Source: Pseudobacteriovorax antillogorgiicola (GTDB lineage Bacteria > Bdellovibrionota_B > Oligoflexia > Oligoflexales > CAIYRB01). From it: a stretch of 64,000 nucleotides of DNA. The position numbers were made by a program, and so were the translations under genes. The DNA lies in NCBI GenBank assembly GCA_945862295.1, contig CAMAXT010000003.1, positions 9,550 to 73,549 on the forward strand, in the 5' to 3' direction. Below are positions 29,181-37,735 of the stretch, one piece after another. A model generated the notes under the pieces. The model saw only the letters and a list, made by a program, of their open reading frames with translations. It ran no database searches and was not told the DNA's origin. The stretch's first letter is position 1, and the number at the start of each line of letters is the position of its first letter.

Positions 29181-30910
29181 TATGGTCCTCGGGGAGGAGG
29201 AGAATTGAATTCGACTTTTTCTTTTTCAAGTTCTGGAAGCGGAAAGAACCGGCTCTCACTGCGACCGTTATAGATCATCCAAAGGGCGGCGTTTATTTTG
29301 TGGGATTCGCCCTGCTGCACAGTATCACCGATGCGCGCCGACGATAGGCGTTCTTTTAAATTTGCTAATTGCTTGGGCTCGCGCAACTTCGCATCAAGAT
29401 CACCTTTGATTGCGAACGGTTCGAGTGGACGGCCCTTTTCGATAGGAAAAAGCGTCCAGTTGCCTCGGTTTTTGCCTTCGCCAACAGCTAGAACACCTGT
29501 TTTATTTAGCATCAACTCCGCACGTAGGAGATGAGGGACTTTTTCCAAACCTTCCATAAGATCGATCTGCGTATCAAGAACTTTTCGAGTCGATGGGCTA
29601 AACCACAGTTTGAGTGATTTACGTTTTCTCTTCTCGGTATCAATGACTTGTTTTAAATCGCCGGTGAGGCTTGTCTTAACAAGTGCAAATTCTTCCGGGG
29701 ATAATATGACACCGGCTTTCGTTACTTCTTTTCTAAATACTGCTGCAACTGCTTCGACGTACTCTGATGCTTGCCTGCGGTCACGGACAGGACCGACGGC
29801 AATCGTTACGCCAGGCTCAAAGTTACCAACAAACATCCGGTAACCCTCAATGTCTTTATAAAACATGATGCCGAACATCAGCCTTTGGTGCCAAGAATAG
29901 GGATCAAATGCTAATTTCTGTTTTTCAAGAAGCTGGGCCTCAGCAAGCATCGCCGCAAAAAATGTCGGTTGCGGGTCATAAACGATGTCATACGACTTCA
30001 ATGCCACGCGCAACAAACCGCGAGGCAGCTGATCAAAAAGGCGGATCTTTCTGATCTCACGGTCCAAGTGATATGAGCTGCTAGCGAATAGAACTTTTTT
30101 TTCTAAATCGAGCATTTGAAAAACGCCGGGTTGCTGCGGAACATTCTCTAAACACTCTGGAGGAACACCCCAACCCAAGCGGACACCCGAATCAAGATCG
30201 CCCTGCAGACGGATAGCTTCTTCAACCAAGACAATATTGCGCTCGAGAAGTTTTGCCTTCAGCACTTTGAAAAGATCTAACGTTACGTAAGCGTCGGCTT
30301 CAGCACGGTGTAAATCACCGGAGTCCAACTGAAAATGCTCTGCCAACCCACGGAGCGACTTATCTGGAGCTTCTTTGGCCAATTTTTCGACAAGTAAGTG
30401 GGTGCAGAGAAAGAAGTTGCCCATCTCAACATCACAAACGGCTTTCGCAAAGTACCTGAGGAACTTCATGTCGCCGATTGTGTTGTGGCTTACTAAAATG
30501 CCGTTACCAGCATACTCAATAAACCCAGGCATCACCTGAGCGATAAGTGGTGCGTCACGAACCGTTTGGTTATTGATACCGGTCATGCGGCGCACGATCG
30601 GAGGGATCGGAATCTGTGGATTCACCAGGCTATAGAATGTTTCACCTGGCTCGCCGTTCTTGTATTTGACGGCAAAGATTTCGGTAATGCCGTTTTTCTC
30701 GGGGTTGCCGCCGGTGGTTTCGATATCAAAAACAATGTATTCGGCATCATCGAGGGATGAGCGAACACTTAAAAGCGAAGCTTCATCAGGTGCCGGACCA
30801 CCAACCTGGGGCTTGCGACGGCGTTTTTGTCCGCGACGCTGACTGGACCCGCCGCTGCGTGGAGCGTTTCCAGGTCCGTTATTCTTATCATGCGGTAATT
30901 GTCTCGACAC
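29180..30910 (-). CDS. DEDDh 3'-5' exonuclease (DnaQ/PolC-like) fused to a degenerate GIY-YIG-like domain
   Basis: FDIETTG, SHNTIGD, HRAEADA; then PQQPGVFQMLD...VLFASSS. Confidence 0.85.
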   Translation of the reverse strand: MSRQLPHDKNNGPGNAPRSGGSSQRRGQKRRRKPQVGGPAPDEASLLSVRSSLDDAEYIVFDIETTGGNPEKNGITEIFAVKYKNGEPGETFYSLVNPQIPIPPIVRRMTGINNQTVRDAPLIAQVMPGFIEYAGNGILVSHNTIGDMKFLRYFAKAVCDVEMGNFFLCTHLLVEKLAKEAPDKSLRGLAEHFQLDSGDLHRAEADAYVTLDLFKVLKAKLLERNIVLVEEAIRLQGDLDSGVRLGWGVPPECLENVPQQPGVFQMLDLEKKVLFASSSYHLDREIRKIRLFDQLPRGLLRVALKSYDIVYDPQPTFFAAMLAEAQLLEKQKLAFDPYSWHQRLMFGIMFYKDIEGYRMFVGNFEPGVTIAVGPVRDRRQASEYVEAVAAVFRKEVTKAGVILSPEEFALVKTSLTGDLKQVIDTEKRKRKSLKLWFSPSTRKVLDTQIDLMEGLEKVPHLLRAELMLNKTGVLAVGEGKNRGNWTLFPIEKGRPLEPFAIKGDLDAKLREPKQLANLKERLSSARIGDTVQQGESHKINAALWMIYNGRSESRFFPLPELEKEKVEFNSPPPRGP

Positions 30911-30927
30911 AGCTTACTCGATTCCGG

Positions 30928-32265
30928 TCATTTGCTTAAAAAAACGCACTTACCACGATTCCAAGTGCCCATTATTTTTATTGGTAAATTAAAACCATCA
31001 TAGGGGGTCCAGCCACACTTGGAAACAACTTCCTCGTTGCGGACCAAAAAGTTTTCACGCTTTATCCAGACAAAGTCGCCATCAAATCCATTGGCGATCG
31101 TGCCCTTTTTATCGAATCCAAAAAGCTCCGCTGGACGCGACGCGGACATTTCCAAGAGGCGGTGATGAGACAGGCCGGTCATTTCAGCAATCTTAAACAC
31201 CAGAGGATAGAAAAACTCAATCGCAGGCACTCCAGACGGGGATTTGGCGACTTCCTGATGTTTCTCGGAAAGAAGATGCGGGGCATGGTCGGTGGCGAAG
31301 ATATCAACCGCCCCCTGACCGACCAATTTGAGGAGGTCCTCTTTCTCTGCACGTGAGCGGAGTGGAGGATTCATTTTTACTAACGGACCGAGGCGTTCGT
31401 AATCATCGGTCGAAAAAAGTAGGTGATGGGGTGCCACTTCGCAAGAGACAGGCAGGCCTTTGGCCTTATAAGCCTGAACCATCTCCACCTCTAGGGGCGT
31501 ACTAACATGAGCGATATGAACTGGCCGGCCGGAGGACACCGCCCATTCGAGAATAATCTTGGTCGATGCGTGTGCCGTTGCACTATCTCTGATCAACGAA
31601 TGAACTTCAAAATCTCGGTTAGCTCGCGAGTGCGTCCGCCCCGAATACTTCGCCTGATTGACGTCAACGCCGCACTGGTCTTCAGAATGAAAGACAATCA
31701 GCTTTTTGCAATCACGAGGCAGGCTCTTCCCGAGCTTATTAAGATCATCGTACATGAGGTCGCCGGTGCTGCGACCGTAAAAGACCTTTAATGCTGCAAG
31801 TGGCAAATCTGGAGACGTGAGAAGCTCAGCGACTTGATTAATGTTTCCGGCACCGACACCGAGCTGTAAGGTGAATTCGAGGCCCGAGGCTCTTGCGATC
31901 TCTGCTTTCTCAAGTACAGCAGCGCGGGTCATCGTTGGCGGGATCGTGTTAGGCATATCAGCGACAGCAACTACGCCACCGCGCCAAGCACCTTTTGCTA
32001 GTGAGTTCCAATCTTCCTTGGCAGTCAAACCTGGGGACCGGCTATGGACGTGCATATCGAGAGCGGCTGGTATGATCAGCTCTTGCTCGGCATCAATGAT
32101 AATGTCGGTTTGCTTTGGATTTTCAAGTGCTGCTCTATTTGAAATAGAAGTCGCGTTGGGTTCGGATAATGTTTCAGATTGAATCTTCAGATTTTGAATG
32201 ACGCCTTGATGGACATCAAAACTAAACTTATCTCCGTCGAGATTCCTTGCATTGATAATGCGCAC
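30928..32265 (-). CDS. pyrC: Dihydroorotase (amidohydrolase superfamily)
   Basis: DMHVHSRSPG, DMPNTIP, LKVF, HIAHVST, EVAPHHL, KMNPPLRS, TDHAPH, SKCGWTPY. Confidence 0.85.
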   Translation of the reverse strand: MRIINARNLDGDKFSFDVHQGVIQNLKIQSETLSEPNATSISNRAALENPKQTDIIIDAEQELIIPAALDMHVHSRSPGLTAKEDWNSLAKGAWRGGVVAVADMPNTIPPTMTRAAVLEKAEIARASGLEFTLQLGVGAGNINQVAELLTSPDLPLAALKVFYGRSTGDLMYDDLNKLGKSLPRDCKKLIVFHSEDQCGVDVNQAKYSGRTHSRANRDFEVHSLIRDSATAHASTKIILEWAVSSGRPVHIAHVSTPLEVEMVQAYKAKGLPVSCEVAPHHLLFSTDDYERLGPLVKMNPPLRSRAEKEDLLKLVGQGAVDIFATDHAPHLLSEKHQEVAKSPSGVPAIEFFYPLVFKIAEMTGLSHHRLLEMSASRPAELFGFDKKGTIANGFDGDFVWIKRENFLVRNEEVVSKCGWTPYDGFNLPIKIMGTWNRGKCVFLSK

Positions 32266-32364
32266 CAGGTTTATTCCTTATACGACCGGTAGACTGGCTG
32301 ACCGGTTCTGTCAGCGCATAGGTTATATAAGTCTAACTGCGCCAATGCCATTAAAAAATGGATA

Positions 32365-32811
32365 TTATTGCCATTTTTGCGCATGACAGAGGTAGCAGGA
32401 GGGTCTTTTTAGACCATTCGACACGTTGCCTTCTAGGGCTGGGCCGTGACATTCAATGCATGTTTGTGAAGGGGTTAATAAACCCGGGTGATGCCGGAAA
32501 CCCTCTTTGATTTCAGTATGGTCGGCAGGTGCTACCGAAAGGTTCGGGTCATCATCCAGCCAGTTTTTTCCGTGGCAGGTCAGGCAAGCAGGCTCTTTTC
32601 CGGCCCCTCCTACAAGGTTTTCGCCGTGGCAACGGGTGCAGTAACGTTCAGCTCTTTCAGCACCTGTTCCGTGAGCGATACCGCTAAATAATTGTGTATG
32701 CCCGAGAATTTGGCGCGGTTCCGGCTCGTCTCTTGAGCATGAGAAGAAGGCCGCTAAAGCGAGCACGCCGGTGAGCAGTGTTAGAAAGGCGAACTTGATG
32801 GTATGCTCCAA
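32365..32811 (-). CDS. Small tetraheme c-type cytochrome, probable lipoprotein
   Basis: Four CxxCH motifs (CTRCH, CLTCH, CIECH, CYLCH) in two similar halves; signal ending FFSC. Confidence 0.85.
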   Translation of the reverse strand: MEHTIKFAFLTLLTGVLALAAFFSCSRDEPEPRQILGHTQLFSGIAHGTGAERAERYCTRCHGENLVGGAGKEPACLTCHGKNWLDDDPNLSVAPADHTEIKEGFRHHPGLLTPSQTCIECHGPALEGNVSNGLKRPSCYLCHAQKWQ

Positions 32812-32925
32812 TTAATAACTATGACTGCAAAATTAAACTGGTAATGCTTCGTCTCATTGTACCACGGGCGAGAGTTAGCCGCATTATGACAGCCAATCCT
32901 TGGGCCGCAGAACATAAGGGGCAGT

Positions 32926-34137
32926 GTGCACTATTTAAAACATCAAACATTACGCTTAATTTTTCTTTTCTTTAGCATGGATTTTGTTTGTTCGATGGCG
33001 GCTCAGGCCACTCCAATATTAGCGCTTAATGAAGCTCAGAACTGCCAAGGCTGCCATAAGCCCGGTCGTGCTCAGCGGCCATTTTTGGAAAGACGCTGCA
33101 CGCTAGATTGCCAAGGTTGCCACATCGATCCGTCCGGCGCGGGCCCAAGAAATGCTTGGGGTAAATATTACTCGCAAGCCGAACTGAACACCGTCAAGTT
33201 TACGAATCCAGAAGATCCCTTGGCCGACACTAGTCGCTTCGATGTCCACTACGATGGTCGAGTGATTACAAGATACTTTGAAGATGAGTTGCGACGCTTT
33301 CCGATGAGCAACGAACTTAGCGCACGCGTGCGACCATTTGTGAACTACCTGCACTTAACATATCAAGCTGTGCTTTTTGGTCGCGTCGGTGATCAAAGCA
33401 TCAGAGCGACACGAGACGATAGCAGAAGATTCCGAGAAAAATATTCGATCATGGTCGATCAACTCCCTCTCAATCTCTATGCTCGCGCGTACCGCGGTCA
33501 ACCCATGTACGGTGTCAGAAGACCAAATCACACGCTCTGGATCAGAGAGCGAATCGGACTTGATCAGTTTGCAACGACGGAAGCAGTGGAAGTCGGGGGG
33601 ACGCCGAATGTGCCATTTATTAGGGGTTCCATCATGCAGGGCGACCCTTACTCCAATAAGGAAGATCGGCAAAAAGGTTCAAGCGTCCACGGCGGATTCC
33701 GTGGCGTAACATTAGCTTGGCACATCAACGGAAGTTCTTGGCAAACCGAATCTGAAAAGGCCGACATCAAAATGCGTGCTCTCGGCGTTGGCCTCAAGCC
33801 TTGGAAATTTATTCTAATGGCCGAAAGAAACTGGCGAAAGGTTGAGGAAAAAGAATACCCAACCAATGCCGCAGAATTCGAATCCCAAGCGATCAGACTG
33901 CATCCTTCATCAGAGATCACTGAGTACAGTGCCGCCGTTGATGTCTACCGCGGCATCCTTGCCGGCGTCGTCTTGGAAGAATTGCACGATGCGCGCAGTG
34001 ACAGCCTAAGGCGCAGTGTGTTCGCTGATTTCCATTTGATTCCATGGCTCCAATTTGAAATCTGGCGCCGCTTTGAAACTGGCACCCGCACCGCCGCCGA
34101 CACTCTCAGCGTCCTTCATGCTTACTTCGATTTTTAG
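32926..34137 (+). CDS. Diheme cytochrome c fused to an outer-membrane beta-barrel (Cyc2-like architecture)
   Basis: Signal peptide; CQGCH twice near the N-terminus; beta-strand-rich remainder ending HAYFDF. Confidence 0.7.
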   Translation: MHYLKHQTLRLIFLFFSMDFVCSMAAQATPILALNEAQNCQGCHKPGRAQRPFLERRCTLDCQGCHIDPSGAGPRNAWGKYYSQAELNTVKFTNPEDPLADTSRFDVHYDGRVITRYFEDELRRFPMSNELSARVRPFVNYLHLTYQAVLFGRVGDQSIRATRDDSRRFREKYSIMVDQLPLNLYARAYRGQPMYGVRRPNHTLWIRERIGLDQFATTEAVEVGGTPNVPFIRGSIMQGDPYSNKEDRQKGSSVHGGFRGVTLAWHINGSSWQTESEKADIKMRALGVGLKPWKFILMAERNWRKVEEKEYPTNAAEFESQAIRLHPSSEITEYSAAVDVYRGILAGVVLEELHDARSDSLRRSVFADFHLIPWLQFEIWRRFETGTRTAADTLSVLHAYFDF

Positions 34138-34223
34138 AAAATGAGGATAGCCTTCTATCTTCATCACTCTTCTTCACCCCAAACCAACTAAAACCTACCC
34201 ATCCTCCTAAAACTACTGAAATA

Positions 34224-34244
34224 TTGTGATTCTATGACTCACAA
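34224..34244. promoter_or_regulatory. Palindromic putative operator upstream of the diheme lipoprotein operon
   Basis: ttgtgattc-tat-gactcacaa, 8/9 inverted match. Confidence 0.3.
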
Positions 34245-34401
34245 ATTAACCCCCTCATTGCCCCTCAAAAATCTCAGCAGGCAAAAGTACAAACGAGTCG
34301 TGACCTTCCCTATAACTAATCATGAGCCAATTGCGGAAACCCTGACGCACGGCGAGATAAGCAATCGATAACCAAATCAAACGTCAATGGGAGTCTTAGG
34401 A

Positions 34402-35325
34402 ATGAAAACAATCCTGATACTTTTGGGAAGCATGAGCTTAGTTTTAAGCTGCAACTACTCAAGGGTCAAAACAACAGCCGCACCGCCGAGTGAAAATCAA
34501 CCTGGCTCAATCACTGACAGCCAATGGCTAACGCAGAACTTATTCCAAGCCCGTTGTGCCAGTTGCCACAATAGCGGCAGGCAACCTGGCGGACATAAAT
34601 TCGAAACAGAAAAAGACCTACTAGACAACGTCGTTAGAAAGACAATCGTTGCTGGGTCTCCATCTACAAGTTCTATATACACAATTATAGAAAGCGGCGC
34701 GATGCCGACACGCGGCGACAAAGCTACTCCAACAGAACTCTCAGTCCTATCATGCTGGATCACTGAAGGGGCTACAGCGGATTCAACAACCTGCGTACAA
34801 AAATTTGGACTAAGCGGCACTGCAAATCCGGGTGGAAACCCAGGGTCAGGAACCCCAACACCTATCCCAACATCTACACCAACACCTACTCCATCACCTA
34901 CACCTGACCCAGGGAACGACGACGGTGGAGGTGACGACAATGGCGATGATGATGACAACGGTGATGACGACAACAACGGCGAAGATGATAACGGCGGTAA
35001 TGACGATGACGGCAATGGCGAAGGCGGCGGCGATGGTGGAGAGGTTCCGGTTGTTATGTTCTCAGAAATCCAGCAACCAATTCTTACAGACCGTTGCGCC
35101 GGTTGCCACGGGTCTGAAAATCCCGCTGCACACGTCGTCCTTTTAAGTCTCGAAAATATTAAAAATCCCACTACTGGTCCTGCGTTAGTACAGTGCGGAA
35201 ACGCAAGCGCGAGTTTGCTTTATACAGTCGTAGCATCTGATGACATGCCGGCATTTTCTGAAGCTCTGTCACCGGATCTGAAACTTAAATTGAAAAACTG
35301 GATCGATGGTGGGTGCCAACCGTGA
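34402..35325 (+). CDS. Lipoprotein with two c-type cytochrome domains (planctomycete cytochrome c-like) joined by a Pro/Thr and Asp/Gly linker
   Basis: Lipobox VLSC; CASCH...MP...WI and CAGCH...MP...WI domains; linker TPTPIPTSTPTPTPSPTP followed by GDDDNG-type repeats. Confidence 0.85.
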   Translation: MKTILILLGSMSLVLSCNYSRVKTTAAPPSENQPGSITDSQWLTQNLFQARCASCHNSGRQPGGHKFETEKDLLDNVVRKTIVAGSPSTSSIYTIIESGAMPTRGDKATPTELSVLSCWITEGATADSTTCVQKFGLSGTANPGGNPGSGTPTPIPTSTPTPTPSPTPDPGNDDGGGDDNGDDDDNGDDDNNGEDDNGGNDDDGNGEGGGDGGEVPVVMFSEIQQPILTDRCAGCHGSENPAAHVVLLSLENIKNPTTGPALVQCGNASASLLYTVVASDDMPAFSEALSPDLKLKLKNWIDGGCQP

Positions 35326-36458
35326 GCTACATCAAAAATTTTTCTCATACTATAATTGCAGCTGTCTTCAGCCTATTTATTGGCCAAAGCCACGTTGCGC
35401 AAGCATTCCCACAGTTTTCGGGAGACGGCTACTTCAGCTGTACCTCTTGTCATGTTAGCACAAGTGGCGGCGACGCTCTCACCGCCTATGGTCGCTCATT
35501 TGCTGAAGAAAAGTTAACCACCTGGAGTTTCGAAGGTGAAGGTAAAACTCTGCATGGGAGCGTGAACATTCCAGAATGGTTACTCGTTGGCGGGCATGTC
35601 CGAATGATCCAAGTACACTACGAAGACTCTAAAATTTCTCAAGGAAACTTCTTCGTAATGCAGCGAGAAGTCGACCTTGGCTATGCCGGCGACGCCCTAA
35701 AATTTTACATCACTGTCGCAAACGAGCGTGATGAAGCCGGCGAATACGATACGAAAACCGTCACTATGCCGAAGTGGGTTGTGCGTTACGACATATTAGA
35801 AAAATTCTCTATTAGGGCAGGAAAAACCCCACCGAAATTCGGCTTAAACATTGCCGATCACAATGCTTACATCAGACGAAACATTGGCCTCGGAACAGAA
35901 GCGGACGAAAATCTTATCGAAGCCTCCTATTTTTCTGAAACCATCGAAGTTAATATCTCTCAGTCAGCAGCGTTTTTGCCTGCTGTGAAAGAACCGAACG
36001 AGGTAGACCCAGGTAGCTATTCAAATACCTATGCAAACTTGTCATACTTTTTTCTCGAAAAGCAGAGGGTTTCGACCAGCTTTCTTCGTCGCAAGAAAGT
36101 AGAAAGCTTGGAACAGATCGGCTCTGTGTCCTTGGCATTGACTCCAGCTGAAAAAGTACGAGCGCTCTTTGAGTATAACGCGGGCGAACGAGAAGTCAGT
36201 GACGTTAAGACGAAACTTCAAAACAGCTTCAGTCAGGTCATTTTTGAATCGTTCAAAGGTGTCTTTCCAAATATCACCTACCATTATCAAACTAGTAAAT
36301 CAGGTGCTGAAGAGTCAAGAGGCGACAAAATTGCCGCTGGCTTAGCTTGGCATCCTCGCCCCCATTTCGAGTTCTCAGGATCCTTCGGATCGGTTCGAAA
36401 TCTTAAGACATATACGTACGGTCACTCAGGTTTCTTAATGTTTCACTATTGGTTATAG
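35313..36458 (+). CDS. Monoheme cytochrome-porin fusion (Cyc2-like)
   Basis: Signal peptide, then AFPQF...CTSCH...LTAYGRSF resembling the Cyc2 N-terminal pattern; barrel ending FHYWL; alternative GTG start at 35322 overlaps the upstream stop. Confidence 0.7.
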   Translation: MPTVSYIKNFSHTIIAAVFSLFIGQSHVAQAFPQFSGDGYFSCTSCHVSTSGGDALTAYGRSFAEEKLTTWSFEGEGKTLHGSVNIPEWLLVGGHVRMIQVHYEDSKISQGNFFVMQREVDLGYAGDALKFYITVANERDEAGEYDTKTVTMPKWVVRYDILEKFSIRAGKTPPKFGLNIADHNAYIRRNIGLGTEADENLIEASYFSETIEVNISQSAAFLPAVKEPNEVDPGSYSNTYANLSYFFLEKQRVSTSFLRRKKVESLEQIGSVSLALTPAEKVRALFEYNAGEREVSDVKTKLQNSFSQVIFESFKGVFPNITYHYQTSKSGAEESRGDKIAAGLAWHPRPHFEFSGSFGSVRNLKTYTYGHSGFLMFHYWL

Positions 36459-36466
36459 GAGAAGAA

Positions 36467-37039
36467 ATGAAAGTTCGAATTTTTCCACTATTAATGACGG
36501 CGGCAGGGTTTTTTCCGCAAGCAAAGAGTGCTTCAGCTGCTCAGCAGTATGAAGTCGTAGAATCCGGATCATCGGTTGGTTTTCTGGCTGTTGGTAAGCC
36601 AGGATTTCTAAAGATCAGAGGTGAAGGCGGCACCATAAAAGGTAATGCGGAAGTAGAAGGCAATGGCTTCAAAGGGACATTCAATGCGAAGCTTCCGGCG
36701 ATAAAAACAGGTATCGACCTTCGAGACGAGCACATGCACGAAAAATACCTCGAAACAGGTAAGTATCCGGAAGCTATCCTCACTCTTTCTGAAGTTAAAT
36801 TTGAAAACGGCATTGCTGGAAAATGCTCGTTCAAAGGCGAACTCACCGTTAAGAACGTCGCCAAGCCGATCACTGGTGACTGCACTATCGACGGTCTCAC
36901 TGGTGACACGGTCTCTGTCAAAGCGGCTACTGAGATTAACATAGAAGACTTCCCGATCGGTGTACCATCGCATTTGGGTATCAAAGTCGCCGACAAGATC
37001 ACAATCTCAACTGAGTTCCAAGCTAAGAAGAAATCATAG
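36467..37039 (+). CDS. YceI-family periplasmic lipid/isoprenoid-binding protein
   Basis: IKTGIDLRDEHM, YPEAIL, GELTVKNVAKPI motifs; signal peptide; AGGAG RBS. Confidence 0.88.
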   Translation: MKVRIFPLLMTAAGFFPQAKSASAAQQYEVVESGSSVGFLAVGKPGFLKIRGEGGTIKGNAEVEGNGFKGTFNAKLPAIKTGIDLRDEHMHEKYLETGKYPEAILTLSEVKFENGIAGKCSFKGELTVKNVAKPITGDCTIDGLTGDTVSVKAATEINIEDFPIGVPSHLGIKVADKITISTEFQAKKKS

Positions 37040-37076
37040 TTTGTAGTTATGGGGGAAGTGATGATGCTTCACTCAA

Positions 37077-37226
37077 TTTAATCCGGGTCCACCCGTGTTT
37101 AATCCGGGTCCACTCGAATTACGGATTACCAAACAAGAAAGAATCCCGAAGACCGCGAAGTCTTCAGGGGGTTCTTGAAATGCGTAATCAGTCGGGAGAC
37201 CCGGGCTCTCGGGTGGATCCGGATTA
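37077..37226. repeat. About 150-bp nested palindromic element between convergent genes (REPIN-like or bidirectional terminator)
   Basis: Two direct copies of tttaatccgggtccacYcg (37077, 37098) with inverted partners at about 37193-37226; inner stem aagaatcccgaagac/gtcttcagggggttctt. Confidence 0.7.
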
Positions 37227-37246
37227 GTAGCGGATTAGTAGAAAAA

Positions 37247-37735
37247 TTAGTTGCGAACGCGGGCGGTAAGAATACCAGCGGCTTCATGCATAATAGATTG
37301 CTGAGCTTTTTCCATTAGAAGAATTTTTTCTGGCGAGTAGTTTCTTGAAGCAACGTAGGCTTTAGCTGCTTCAATGTTGATAGGGAAAATATCCTGATTA
37401 TTTTTCTTGAAAAAGATTGAGCACTCTATGTCTTTAGCCACTTTCGTACAAGTTGCGTTGCTCTCTGGTCCAGATAGAGTTAAAGGGTCACTCGAGCTAA
37501 CAGAATCAAGTTCGATCCACCGAGGATCAGCGCCATCAATTTGTTTTGGTAGCTTGTATCTTAAACTGATGAGGCCATTATTTTCGTTCCAATAAACATT
37601 TGTTGAGCGAAGAAGGACATCAACCTCTAAAAATTCACCAGCCGGAATTTTATAAACACCGCCGTCAGCAGCGAACGATGTTGTTGCACCGACTAATAAA
37701 AAAGCAGCTACTGGAAGCGCACGTAGAATACTCAT
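37247..37735 (-). CDS. Secreted hypothetical protein
   Basis: Signal peptide, AGGAG RBS, ATGA-type overlap with the upstream gene, one Cys pair. Confidence 0.75.
   Translation of the reverse strand: MSILRALPVAAFLLVGATTSFAADGGVYKIPAGEFLEVDVLLRSTNVYWNENNGLISLRYKLPKQIDGADPRWIELDSVSSSDPLTLSGPESNATCTKVAKDIECSIFFKKNNQDIFPINIEAAKAYVASRNYSPEKILLMEKAQQSIMHEAAGILTARVRN

Noticed and set aside
34224-34244. TGTGA...TCACA as a CRP/FNR site
   Set aside because: Spacer is 9 nt rather than 6; kept only as a generic palindrome
34497-35171. 224-aa minus-strand Ser/Pro-rich ORF
   Set aside because: Antisense reading of the low-complexity linker in the diheme lipoprotein gene
37077-37116. Direct 19-bp repeats as a mini-CRISPR
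   Set aside because: Only two copies 2 nt apart, and they are arms of a palindrome
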